A DNA stretch of 64,000 nucleotides from Lepidodermella squamata (GCA_047495785.1 JBLDXI010000028.1:1054001-1118000), one strand, 5' to 3'; positions 37,838-50,815 are shown, counted from the stretch's first letter. Numbers and translations: made by a program. The notes: a model not told the origin generated them from the letters alone.

Positions 37838-40800
37838 TTATGATACGGGACATTTCGCGCTACCACAAGCTGCATGTCGTTCCACTCTACTGCGTCGGTG
37901 ACTCCGCGGTTGCTCTACAACTCGAGCAGCCTGGCCATTGGGCACAACCTCGATGTGCTCAACTTCAGTTGGCGTCGATGCCTCAGAGCGGCTATCCTTA
38001 GCCGGCGAGTGATGCTGGTTGTAGTTCGCAATCTGCGTCGAGCAACGGCTGTTGGGCGTTAGGTTAGATATCGATGAGCTCATCACGCTTTGCGACCTAT
38101 TCTGGTCATCGGCTGTCAAAAATGCGTTCATAAGTTGCGACATTGGAATAGCTTCGCCACTCTCTGCAGCCTGCTTCATCAACTACAAAAAAGACAATAA
38201 ATTATTCAAAATTTAAAAAATTTCAATTTTCAATTTTAATTTTTTTTTTAAATTATGGAAATAACTGTACCTGAGGAATTTTAGGGTCCAGAGAGTTGTC
38301 TGGGATTTTAGACACCCTAGTGGTTATTTCCTGGGGTATAGCCGAGCCAGTTGTCGAAGTTCGAGCCGAAGTACCCTCGGACGGCACCGAGCTGTGTTGA
38401 GCAAGTCGGCGTTTAGTACGAGCCGCAGCCATCTCCTGCTTCTTTGTCCTCCGCCCGATTGACCAAACCGTGAATAAATCAACATTTTCGATAGTTGATA
38501 GCACCTTCATTTTAAAAAATAGTTGAAAATTATTTCTCAAAAATTATTATTACAGGCAATTGAATAGTCACAAGAGGCCGGCTGTCGTAATTGATGGCGA
38601 ATTCGTTCTTTTTCAGTTCATTCACAACATTTTCCGTGACAGTAACAGTATTTGGCTATGAAAATTGAAAATTTTAAATTTAATTTTTTTCAAAATTTAA
38701 TTCATACGATAGCAATTTGAGAAATTCGTTGTGATATAGTGACTGGACGTCCACAGGCCAAAAATCGCGGAATTGTCACGCCGAGACATGTCCCAATAAC
38801 AGGTCCAATGTCGCACGCGACTTGAACATCCGTGACCATAGATTTGCGCATCCGGCGCCCGTTGATAATATTTTGACTCGCCTCGCCAGATCGTGCCGTT
38901 AGGTTCGACATTGAATCGTTGCCAACTTCGGCAGCATCGATTAGTTCTTCGGCGATAAGAACCGCTAAATTGGCAGGCAGGGTGGCGTGAAACGGCAGGC
39001 CGACGATAATTTGGTAATCATTAGCGAAGCTGAGAATCTATGCGCAAAAAAATCATAAAAAACGGGATTTTTTATTTTTTTTAAATCGGAAATTTTGGAT
39101 ATCAATTTTCAATTTTTCAATAATTTTTTAATATTAATTTTAATATTATACAAATGTGATTTTTTTCAAATTTCTCACCTTGCAAACGTTGTATTTGATT
39201 GTTACCGCATCGAATTTCCGGAAAAGAGAATTCAAAGTCATGATAGCTTCCTTGACCATATGCGGCGTTGTGACCGTTTTGAAGTTCAACGCGCACGTGA
39301 TTATGGCTACTTTATTCGAATACTAAGAAAAATAATGAAAATAATTGATAGTAGCCGATGAAATTCATCTTTTACATGAACTCGAGTGAGGTTATCAGGC
39401 GATTTTAGAACAAAACTCGGAATAGCTTCTTCGAGTAGGGCAACGCGTCTTTGGCGGTAGGTATTAGACTCCTGGTTTAGCGAGTCGAGTTTATTGCTAA
39501 TTTTAGCCTCCTGAACCATTAGCGGGTCTTTGCCGATGTCACGATGATGCCGCATGGTGATCAACTCGCGGCTTGAATCCATCATCGATAAATCATGAAT
39601 TTTCAGTCCAAGAAGATTCAGCTCTTTCAAATTATCGATCTTAAAAAATATAAGAAAATTTAAATCAATATTTCAGTGGAAGAAACTTACGATAGGCATG
39701 GCAATGAACATGAGACAGTCCCATTCGTCAAAATGAATCATTTGGCCCCGAAGTCGAAGGTGGATAAATCGCTCAATTCGATCTCCAACTGTGTCGTGAC
39801 TCTGGTGCGTTGAAGGCCTGTGAAGGGCCCCGGGCCCAACTGCCAGATCATCAAAATGACCTTGAATCGGCTGAAGCGAATGAACTTCAAACACGTTGTT
39901 CGCAAAATCCAAAACCTGGAGCGACAAAATTGAAAAAATTCCGAAAATACCGAAAAAACCCGGCAATACCCGGTAATACCCGAATTTCGAGATTTTGAAA
40001 ACTTCTGTTTTCAAGTCATCTCCTGTCTCCTTGGTGCTTGGTGTTTCGGGTATTTTCGGGTATTTTCGGGTGTTTTCGGGTATTGCCGGTATTTTCATGA
40101 TTTTTCAGTAATTTCTTACATTCGCCCACGTGCACGGAATAGCAGGTCGTATCAGCTCGAATACTTCATTAAAATCCCGGCCCACAACCCCAGGCAGAGA
40201 GAAGTTGACGCCACGCCCGGCCGAGACAATTTCAAACTCGCGATTGAGTATAATGTAGAAGGAAATTTTGTCGTACAGCGTTTCAGGGTTCGTTTTCTGC
40301 TGCCTGATTGGCGAATTAATATCGCTAGGTATGCTCGGCAACTTTTGCAGAATTTTCGAATTAGCAACCAGAGCTTGTAATACAGGATTCTCGCCAGGTG
40401 ATGCCAAGGTAGGGGGCGGGGATGGTTCGCGGAGTTGAAGCGGGGCTTGGACCTTCATCGCACGGCGATTGATATAGCCGGAATTATCGAAATCCAACCG
40501 CATTAGGACGGAATATTTGCCGCGGCTATCGATGACTTGCGATTGAATTCCGACTGTGATCGAAATGCCGTAGTAGAGCCGAGCGACTTCAGATAACTGC
40601 CCGGCGACGTAGCCGTGTAAATTGCCCCGAATCGATCGGTAACAAATCGTCATGCCGTTGCAGTCTTCGGTAACAACGGAAAAAGACGGCGCTTTGATTT
40701 TCGGATAGGTCCCTCGGAAGTATTCATGCAAGTTGTCGAGGCCGAGTACGAAATCGCTGAGATTTCGGCCAAGCACGCGGAGAAGCGTTTCGTAGCCGGC

Positions 40801-41473
40801 TTGGTGCGTGTATCGAACGAAAAAATGGCCGAATTGCTCCATGACCTGGTCGAGGCGGAGATTGCACGCGTCGGCCGTGCATTGCGCGAGGCGAACGAGC
40901 AATTTATCACTGTAAAGTTGGTGAATTGAAAATCCAGCTCGGCCGAGCCTGCAAATTTTCAGAGAAAATTATTAGAAAATTATTAGAATTATTAGAAAAA
41001 TTGCAGTAACTTGGAACTAAAGTTTCTTTCAATTAAAGAGAATAAGCGGAAAACTTCAGAATCTTATATTTCGGTACTTCGAATATCTGCTGGAAGTTAG
41101 CGGCCTATTTTCAGCTGCCCACTTCAGTAGAGAAGAAACTATAGGATTAGGGTTGGGATTGGGATTGGGATTGGGATTAGGATTGGGATTGGGATTGGGG
41201 TTAGGTTTAGGATTAGGGTTAGGGTTGGGTATTGACTGCCAACTTCTACAAGCTAACCCGATAGCTAACCATCTTCGATTTTTGCTATGGCAAAGTTACC
41301 CCGCTGCCTACAGTCCCCCAGTTGACGGTATGCTTCGAGACTGATTAAATTTACCCAATTCTGGCATCGATTGCTCCGCTACCAGCCGCTTGGGCCAGCA
41401 CAGTTTGCGCAATATCGGCCGAAAACTTGGACGAAATGAACTCGAGTGCAGCTTGCAGCAATAATCCGTACAT
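37838..41473 (-). CDS. Atypical soluble guanylyl cyclase-like protein A (H-NOX + PAS + coiled coil + degenerate cyclase), ~9 exons
   Basis: MYGLLLQ start at 41473; GLDNLHEY, KAPSF, YRSIR; LRLRGQM; GLKIHDLSMMDSSREL; cyclase-like exons 39322-39179 and 39037-38708. Confidence 0.85.
39940..40096. repeat. Intronic inverted array of ~10-bp units (ataccc(g)gaaa / tttcgggtat)
   Basis: Two tandem arms in opposite orientation around a short spacer; a similar motif pair occurs at ~55070-55135. Confidence 0.6.
41143..41230 (+). repeat. Telomere-variant hexamer tract (TTGGGA/TTAGGA/TTAGGG) in intron 1 of sGC-like A, followed by a MITE family A right-end fragment (to ~41329)
   Basis: ~14 hexamers; ...cccagttgacggta terminus at ~41329. 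Confidence 0.8.
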
Positions 41474-42174
41474 TTTTCACGGTAAAATCGCGCCGTGTTT
41501 AATATTATTTTAGGTAAATATATATATTAAGGTTATTTCAGGTATTTCGGTGATAGTCTGTTTGATTTGTCACAAAATTATAGCCTCATAACAAACAGAC
41601 AGCGTGATTCGTCTCGTGTGTAATTAGCAACTATAGAGAAATTAATTTCGAGGCCCTCGACAATTAATCACCCAGTCGCACTTCGGCGACTTCTAAGCGC
41701 GATTTTCAAAGTCTTCAACGCGCTAATTAAATGCGACAATAATTCCACAGATTGTTTTTTCTATGGAAACCGGCATGAGGAGAGCTGATAAAATCTCTAA
41801 CCGAGGATATAAAATAGATCGCGAAGCCTTTAACAGTTAATATTATTTGATTGAAGTATTTGGCGGTGAAATTGCCATAACGTTATATATTATTTGACAA
41901 TCGTCATGTGATACTTAATGATTCTGAATAAAAGTGGCCGTTCAAAAATAGCCAACCGCTTTGTTGAGCTTTTATTTGATCGAGTATAGTACTCTGTCTT
42001 CTGTCAACCTGTTGTGAACGTAGTGCGAACAAATGAAAAGTGAAGAGAACGGATATTTTGATATCAGCAAAAAAGATTCGGCAGGTTATACTGTTTTACA
42101 GGACTTGAGTAGTATAGCAATACCGGAATATAAAGTCGTTATATAAAATAATTTTTTAATTCATTTAATTCGTG

Positions 42175-42711
42175 GTAAGACTTTTCAGCAGTGACACTTC
42201 AGCAAATGACGGTCAAATCAGCAGTGACTTTTCATCAGTGACACATTGTCAGTAAAAAATCCATAAAAATCAAATTTGTGTATTAATTTAAATAATTCTT
42301 GTAGACAAGTGAGCAGTGTCATTTCAGCAGCGACAAATGAGCTAGTGACACTTCATCAATTTTTATTCATTTATCTCGGGCATTGAACTTGCACTTTTTG
42401 AGCTCAACTTCAATGCAGCGCATAGCCCCCCTGCTGAATACGGCTGAAATTCTGTTGATGAATTTATCTCCGCGAAATGTCACCGCGATAAAAATGATGA
42501 ATTTGGAAAAATTTAGGATAAATTATCAAAAAATCACTGCTGACTGGTCAAATGAGCAGGGACTTTTCATCAGTGACAAATGAGCAGTGACATTTGAGCT
42601 GTGACATTTGCGCAGTGTCTCAAATCATCAGTGTCTCTGATTTGTCACTGATGAAAAGTCCCTGCTCATTTGACCATCATTTGCTGAAATGTCACTGCTG
42701 AAAAGTCGTAC
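42175..42711. mobile_element. MITE with ~70 bp TIRs and internal cagtgaca repeats
   Basis: gacttttcagcagtgacacttcagcaaatgacggtcaaat vs rc of atttgaccatcatttgctgaaatgtcactgctgaaaagtc; TSD not clear. Confidence 0.75.
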
Positions 42712-43178
42712 AACCATTTTTCTTTTATTTTTTTCAAAAAATATTTTATATTATTATATTTTAACGATTTACATTTGATATAACGACGTTTATATTCCGA
42801 TAAACTATTGATAGAGCATCTATCTATACCGTCATCCCCGACATATGATGGTAATGCAACAATATAAACGACTAAGACGTTAAGAAGACAAATTTGGTTG
42901 CCTATCATTTATTCTAGTCAGCTCTGTGTTTATCAGACAAGTAATGCCTATAGAAGCTTCTACACGAAAAACCCTTGATAAGTATAAAAAGAATGAAACC
43001 ACCTCAGTCATCTTCCACTTTATTTCACAATAGGTACACAAAATAGGTATTTGGTTACAATTGAAAGATCAGAGTGAAAGGACATAAGCAGAAAGAACGA
43101 GATTGCTTGCGCCTACCGGTTGATATTAAGGAACAAAGTATTAGTAATAAATGGATGACGTTGTGTTTCGAAGCATAA

Positions 43179-44040
43179 TTATGGACTGTGCTTCTCGTTC
43201 TCAGTTGGTTCGCGAGTCTTGGTGCCTTCAAACAAGATGACGGGACTCTCCCCTTTTGCTCGCAACAGTCGGTACAACAGACGCTTCTGTAAAACAGGCA
43301 AATCACCTGGAATGACTGGTCTAAAATCGTTTTTGGTTCGAAGGAGCTGAATAAGGTGGGAAGTTTGAGATGAATCACCGTAGGTTTCCACTAGCCTGCC
43401 TTGAGTTGGAGATCGCTCATCTGGAGCATTAACGAGCAATCGTTCTCGCCAATGCTCATCAAAAACAGGACATGTATCATAATGGTTCAGAGCAGCATTG
43501 ACACTCGGAATCTGAACTCCGCAACCCAGCCGCCCATGCCATTCTTGGAACTGCTCAGCGAAGTTTTCAATCAATTTTCGACAACCCATTACAGCAGCAA
43601 GTGAGGCCGCATTATCCGGGTCGACTTCACCTACGATACCTAAAAAATACAGATGTAAATCAATGTATTGGAAATAACAAATAAATAGACAAACCTTGTG
43701 ACGTTAGTGTTGTAAGTGGAGACAGCGCCTTCACAATGATTGGAGAATCGTAGCTATTAACAAGACCATCCGGCTGACCAGCGTAAATTGTTGTCACCAG
43801 TTGATTACGAGGCAGCGCTACGGCGTCAGAAGGGCGAATGAAGATATTGATCAAGCCAAGCGATACATGTCCAAGTTCAGGATGAAGCTTCTTCTGAATG
43901 GCTTTGATAAGATTATAGACGTTTGCATTATCCGGAACTTCTACTTTAATGGGAAAACCAGCTGCAAATTTCACCCAGAATAAAGGCATACTTGCTAACA
44001 CACCAAAGAATGCAAAGATTCCTAGACGCAATAAAATCAT
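43179..44040 (-). CDS. Crinkler (CRN)-like protein: signal peptide, ubiquitin-like CRN N-terminal domain, unknown C-terminal domain; exons 44040-43695, 43639-43179
   Basis: MILLRLGIFAFFGVLAS then FWVKF..PIKVEVPDNANVYNLIKAIQKKL.PEL.HV.L..I.I ... NSYDSPIIVKA; a phase-1 intron joins the two track ORFs. Confidence 0.6.
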
Positions 44041-44061
44041 TATATTTCTCACTTAGTGAGT

Positions 44062-44680
44062 TACCGTCAAACGGGGCGACTTAGCCAGTCGGGGTCACTT
44101 TGCCGCGGAAAAATGGGGCGACTTTCGCATAGCCATATCTCAGAGATATCGAGGTAAAGACCCCTTGAGTGGGATACCGCTGGAAAGCCCAAGAAAAGAC
44201 CAACTGGAATGGCATGAAACTACTTCAGCCTCTCACAATACCTGGTGATTAAACACAGGTAAAGTTGAGCGAAAAATACAGTTTTCGGCAGTATTTAGAT
44301 GACTCCAAAGTCAACCAGGTGTGATCAAAATAAAAAAACCATGTCATTTTCGAGCAGCCCTCGACACAAGCTATCCAGCGGCACCCCGCTTTAGAGGTAT
44401 CCACCTTTCCAACAGCGGTTCGAGTTAGGGCAAAGCCACCCCATCTGCATCTAAACCGTACACAGGGTCACTTTGCGCCGTTCCACGTCAGTTTTTAAAA
44501 TAAATACGATTCAAACAGTTCCACAACGTATATAATTGAATTCTCCGTCATCAGGGCGTATTGACACGATACTTGACATATATCATGCTTGAGAAAATGA
44601 CATCGTGTGTGATCCAAAGTCGATCGCAAAATCCTATGGCAATGTCCCCCCACTGGCTAAAGTCGCCCCGTTTGACGGTA
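44062..44680. mobile_element. MITE family A copy 3 (most complete)
   Basis: TA-ccgtcaaacggggcgacttagccagt ... actggctaaagtcgccccgtttgacgg-TA. Confidence 0.88.
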
Positions 44681-45437
44681 TATGAATCAGAAATTCACAA
44701 AACTTGGTAAATACCAGTCATTTACGACGGTGAATCCGACAAAATTACTCTTGAGGTCATGGGACGCGCCCTACCTGCTCAGGTAAGCCACCTTGCCTGG
44801 ATTTTTCGATATACACCTATCCAGGTGGTGCTGATGAAGAAATAAAAAGCACCATCGTAATCAGCTTCATTTGTTACATTATATAACAAATTCTCACGTT
44901 TATTATGTGCTGCTGTCAGATATAACAAATGGGGTCCCAAATCGATGCAGCTTTTTTACATGGAAAAAACTGAACTTAACAGCATAAGTTGGCAGCACGC
45001 CAACGGAAGGTGATACGAAGGTAATTTTTGTTTCTATCAACTAGTATTGGTCCGTAAAAATCCATAACAAATGATGAGACTTCCAGGGTAAGCGGTTATT
45101 GCTGATGAAAACACGCTGCTAGGTTCCGTTGGGTCTTTATTCGGTTTACTGTTGGACTTTTTCAGACGTGAAGGCTATCGTTATCGATAAATATCTGGTG
45201 AATTTTTCGTCACTCTTGGCGGTCTCTTTTCCAACAGATGGTCTGATTAAGAGCAGCAAAGCTATCGGTGTCATAATATGAGCTTTCAGCAATAATAAAC
45301 TAAAATGAATTTTTATCACAAATAACTTATGGTGATTGATCGTTAATCAAAATTTCCGAACATCTGCCCAATAAAGTACCTATGAATAACGAAAGCAAGT
45401 TTCCTCATTTTAAACAGCTGAAATTATAAGCAGTAAA

Positions 45438-48400
45438 ATGATCATGAGTTTACATGTTACTCTGGTGATTTTGAGCCACCTTTCTCACCTTACCTGCGAT
45501 TCTGTCTCTCCAGATCCTGTACTGCTAGTACTCTACAACAAACAATTCGGACCTCACAGCGTCATCAAAGGGCCGATTCTCGCCTACACATTCAGCGGAT
45601 ATGCCGGCGTCATGCGGCAAGCTGGCCCCTTTGGGTACCTGGACACCGCTTATTCCCTGACACAAATAAGCTCCTACACGAGTGATAGTATAATAGCGGA
45701 CTTCCCAGATATTGCGACATATTATATTCGCGACAGTTATTTCAAGTCAGCCGAGTTGACAATTACATTCTTCTTCTATAGTGATACTGAAGGTTTGAAA
45801 AGCGGAGGGCTAATGAAGTTCTCCGACGAATGGCACACGATTTACGTTGGGTTGAATGCATTTTATAGAACGTTAGAAATAGGAGCGCGCCAGGCTAATG
45901 ATGACTTAGGCACGAATACAGTGAAAACAAATTTGCCGCGCGAACTTCTCCAGACTAGAAAATGGCACTTCATTAGCATTGTTAGGATGTCGCTAAAAAG
46001 TTTGGTAGTCTATCTAGCGACAGAGCCGACTTATGAACTGAGAAATATTGCGGTTCTCGATCTGAGATTAATTCACTATGGCGGCACGTCTTATGTTAAT
46101 CGACAGTTAATGATAGGCTATGCTCCCTATAGCATTATGGGAACAGGAGTCAGTGGCGTAACTCAACGTGAAGGATTCGCATGCCTGGCGTGTCACAATA
46201 CAACTCTCCCGGAAAACATCCTTCCGTCGTTGATAGAAAACTGCCGAAACATCAGCGAACATACCGCAAAGCAGCAGCTTGGTATATGATTCTCAAGGCG
46301 TCTAAACTCTTTCAATTTATAAATGCTATAGTTAAAGTTGTTGGGACTTACACGTATCCGTCTATTGAATGGACAAATCTGCTATTGGATCCTTCCAGCG
46401 ACATGTTTCGAAAAGCAATGTCAAACGTAGTTTCCCAGGTTGTTTCTGACCGTTACCCTTCTGACCTGCCATTTTGATTCTTAAACGTCAAACTTATTCT
46501 AGATAAATCAGCAGTTGTTGAATACATCTTTCGGAAATGTCCGAACTTCAGTCTATCGGTTTTCAATGGGACCTGCTGCGACAGTCGAAGCTTTGTACAT
46601 GTCTTACATCCAGCGTTCATACAAATTCAACGCAGAGCTGAGCGAAACAGACGCCATCAAAGAACTCAATCGATTTGTTTCGAACAACACTCTGACTATA
46701 TCATCGGTTTCACTAGGTAGTTTTTCCAGGGCTGCAAAATCTGCAGAACTTCCCGCGCAGTGATTTTAATTTCCCGATAAACCCGCTCGCTCGCTGCGCT
46801 CGCTCGCGGAATGTGCCTTTATAACTTTTCCTTATCGCTTATATTTCTGTGGGTTATTTCCTGTAAAGCCTCGCGCGGCGGAAAAATTGTAAGAAACATC
46901 AGTATTTTGGAGTGAGAAAATGTCTGAAAATACTTGATTCGGCACATTTTTAAATTTTTATTAACATTTTTAGGCCTAAATTGGTGGCCAGATTTCGCAT
47001 TTCATACGGCTTGATACTCGTATAATTCACATATTTAGGGTAACCAAAAACTTGTGGCTAAATATCGTAATTACCCAAATATTCTTAATTACGCAGATAA
47101 ACCAAGTTCTTCAATTTCAGGAATTTCAAAAAACAAATTAGATATTCGGATTCAGCGCAAAAAGTTACCCCACCCTGCAAATTTGCGCACAGTTATCGTG
47201 AAAATTGGTTGAGAAATAGGCGGAAACAAATTTCAATTTTTGCACGTGTGCGCGCGCGTGTGCGTGCGTGTGTGCTCCACAAAAATTCGCTCACTCGCAC
47301 TCGCCCGCTCCACTTCACTTTTCAAAGCAGTTGTGCGCTGTTGTGCGCGCGCGCTCGCTGATTTGTGCGCGCACACAGTTACAAGCAAACTTTCAGTCCG
47401 CATTTCTCCCTCATTTTCAAACATAGCTGCGCGCAAATTGGCAGGAATGCCCAACTTTTTACGCTGAATCGGAATATCTAATTTGTTTTTTGAAATTTCT
47501 AACCGTTATTATCACCGATTTCGCGTTAGTTAAACAGAAGTTATTATTGGAATTAGATAGGAAAGTCATTCGTGAATTGCTAATTAGTTCAATCACTTAA
47601 TTATTGAAATAAATTATCGGTGGAAGATTAATTACTTGTTAGATTTCCCGCTGATTACCCTTATTTCCCGCTGATTTTTGGCGATTTCTGAGCATTTTCA
47701 CATCTCTATTTCCCAAAAATTTCCCGCTGCGCGTAAAAATTTCCCGCGCAGCCACTGCGCCATTTTTGCAGATTTTGCACCCCTGAGTTTTTCAATAGTG
47801 TTATTGTTGTTGCTTTTATAGAGAAACATGATTTAAAGAAGTCACCTCTTGTTAAGCTAACTCTTTCGCATTAGCTAAAATTGAATGCTGAAGAAAGCAT
47901 ATTACAGATAGTATAATCTCCTGACAGGAATCGAAATGCCAAGATCTTTTGCTTTGGTCGGCTTCTGGCCGCTTTCTTACGCTTATTTATTGAGCGACTT
48001 GGGTCCGCGACGTCTTGTCAACTCTTACACGAGCGATTCTGACTTTGCAACACCCGCTTTATTCCAAGAGTGGACTGGCAGATGGTTCAGAAAAGAGCTT
48101 TTCTCTGTTGCTGACCTCAAGTACCCTATTAGAGGAATGGAAGGCTTCGCGGTTTCATTCTATTTTCTCCAAAGTCAGATTGGGTCAGTATTGACAGGAA
48201 TCTTGGAGATCAAACCCAACGTACTTCATATTGGTTATAAGTATCCTGATGCGTTGCTCGTTTCAGTTACCAACATGAAGGAACCGATCATTGTACCGGG
48301 TATTATCCGTATTTCTGAATGGGTTTTCATTGGGCTCGTATTTTCGAACAAACCAAAAACAACGTGGCTGAGAATTTATAATAATCACCATTACGTTTTC

Positions 48401-50642
48401 GAAGTGCAAAATGCACCCGTCGAAGTTGCATCAACTTGGTGGCTGAATTCTACGGGATTGACTGTTGGGTTTTCATCCAAATTTTCGCTAGGCACTTCGA
48501 TCGGCGCCGATGCAATCGCCGGACTAACAATTTATGCAGCCGATTTAGCTGCTGATGAGTTAAATCAAGTGCAGGAAGCTTTTCGACTAGTCGTTTCTAG
48601 GAAATGTTGCGGTGTCGGGAATATCCAGCCCTTAGCGCCGATAGTTACTAGGCCAACAGCAGTGCTCCCCGAGCAGGTTCCATTCATCAAGGTCTTTCCT
48701 GGAAATGACATATCGACGTGCATTGGAGCCATCGTTGATGACGAGATAATTTTAACAACTGCAACGTGTAAAGGCGCAATGCTTTCAGCTCTCAACTATT
48801 CCCTTGTCGATGAGTTACTCGTCGCCCGTTACTCGAAAGAGGATTCTTCCAAAATTCAACCTGTTTGTTTGCCAACATGCTGTGATCAGAACATAACGTG
48901 GAGCGAATCGGTTCAAGTTGTCGGCTTGCCCGAGACGAGCTCGAAAAAGTACGTATATGTTACCGGAATTGTTCTTTCGCAGGCAGAATGCTCAGCGAGA
49001 GTGAATGCGTCTTCCGACGAAAACAGCATTTGCTTTTACACAAAAATATTGCTTGAGCTAAATTGCGACTTCCTCGATGGGGCTGTGCTGTTACGTTCAA
49101 TCAATGGGGACAGCGTGACGGGCAAAACAAGACGCTACGTTTTGGCAAGATTAATCCTTAACTCTTAAAATTGCCAGTTTAACGATTTATTATAGGCTGG
49201 AATTTACGTCAAAGCTCTAAACGCGGATTGCAAACCGGGAAAACCTATTATTTTCAAGAATATCTTCGCGAAAATAGAGCACATCAGGCGATCAGCATCG
49301 TGCCTCAGCATGTCTCAAGGCCAACAATGTCCAATGACCTACCGGACTGTACCGACATTGCCGCCATCTTTCACGAGGACCACGAAAGCTGCAAGTTTTG
49401 AAGAAAGCACTACACCCTATTTGACCATTATTGAAAGCGGACAATGTAAGGCCTAAAGATAATTTATACTAGTAAAATTATTCCAATTATTTCTTCGTCA
49501 AATAGCGCCTATGATTGAAATCATAATCAGTGTAGTAGCTGCCGCCGGTCTTGTTGTCGCATCCTCTGTATTCTGCTACAAGAGGAGAGCGAGACAACTT
49601 GTAAAAAAGCTAGCAGGGTTAAAATCAGCGACATCATCTTCAGTCGCACCATCAAACTACATCGTTGCTGTAGGTGATCTCGCAAGTCTTCTTAGGGACC
49701 TCACCGAGTCCGAGGAACTGATAAGTGAGTTTGAAGGAATCGGCTTGAATCCAGAATTTGTGGAAGTTCTAGAGCTAGTTGGGGAGGGCCAATTTGGATC
49801 CGTGCATAAAGGTTTACTACAACAGGGCGATAACGAACAGCGTCTAGAAATAGCTTTGAAATGTACAAAAACATCAGCTGAAGTTGGAGATCTCGTCGCT
49901 TTTCTAAAAGAAGCAGTAATAATGAAGGACTTTCAACACGACAACGTTTTGCCGCTGATTGGCGTTGCTGCTGTCTACAACAAGCCCAGCATTGTTGTAC
50001 CATTCATGGCAAATGGCAGTCTTAACCGATACTTGAGGATGAATACTGATGCCAGTGGCGGATCATCTCCTGAGACACTCATCGACTATTGTCTCCAGGT
50101 GTGCAAGGGCATGGTGTATTTATCGTCGAAAAATTGCCTGCATCGTGACCTGGCGTGTCGCAATGTTCTCGTCTCCGACGATCGAGTGCTGAAGATCTGC
50201 GATTTCGGCATGTCACGCAAGGTTGACAGTGAGCGGTTGTACTACAAACTGACTAACAATGGCCAACTTATGATTCCGGTCCGGTGGTATCCTCCAGAAG
50301 CAATTCACAAGTTCACCTTCGAGCCGAAAAGTGATGTTTGGTCCTTCGGCGTTACGATGTGGGAAATATTTTCAGGTAAGCCTTGCCTTTTACTGTACCT
50401 TTTATATCTAGAGGATGCTCTTTCTTCGAGCAGAATGCAAGAGCGTTCCGTACGAAGACATCGACACTGCAGAGGTCATACTTCGGATTGTTCACGGTCT
50501 GCGCCTCAGTCAGCCTGAGAAGTGTCCAACTGCAATTTATGATCATATCATGACCAAGTGCTGGGCAAGCGAGCCACGAGACAGGCCTACCTTCGGCGAG
50601 ATTGAAGGGCTCATCGGGGATCGGGGATCTGTCGTTGCCTGA
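45438..50642 (+). CDS. Receptor tyrosine kinase, Met-like kinase domain, with LamG-SEA-LamG-inactive trypsin-like ectodomain; exons 45438-46281, 46332-46438, 46503-46716, 47928-49144, 49196-49445, 49506-50375, 50434-50642
   Basis: Signal peptide; WHFISIV and WVFIGLV LamG-like; LLDPSSDMF SEA-like; CIGAIVDDEIILTTATC, IQPVCLP, LAGI protease-like; TM then KRRAR; GEGQFG, IALK, IMKDFQH, HRDLACRN, DFG, PVRWYPPE. Confidence 0.82.
46727..47785. mobile_element. hAT-type non-autonomous element in RTK intron 3
   Basis: 8-bp TSD agtttttc (46719-46726, 47786-47793); TIR cagggctgcaaaatctgca / tgcagattttgcacccctg; internal ~46 bp inverted repeat 47121-47166 / 47453-47499. Confidence 0.9.
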
Positions 50643-50815
50643 TAACTATATCCAAGCTTTATTTTAGATCAAAACACTTGATTTATTGTTAACCATTATT
50701 TCTGAGCCATACTTCATCGTCACAGTTTATGTTACAAGTGATGATTAGCCGTGATACATTAAGAATAAGTAATTAGGGCAAATTTAGGACAAAAACGACA
50801 GCGAACAGAAAAATA

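Noticed and set aside
44824-44856. ggtgCTGATGAaGAAA...gcacc as a hammerhead ribozyme
   Set aside because: Core words present but no helix II, helix III or NUH cleavage triplet
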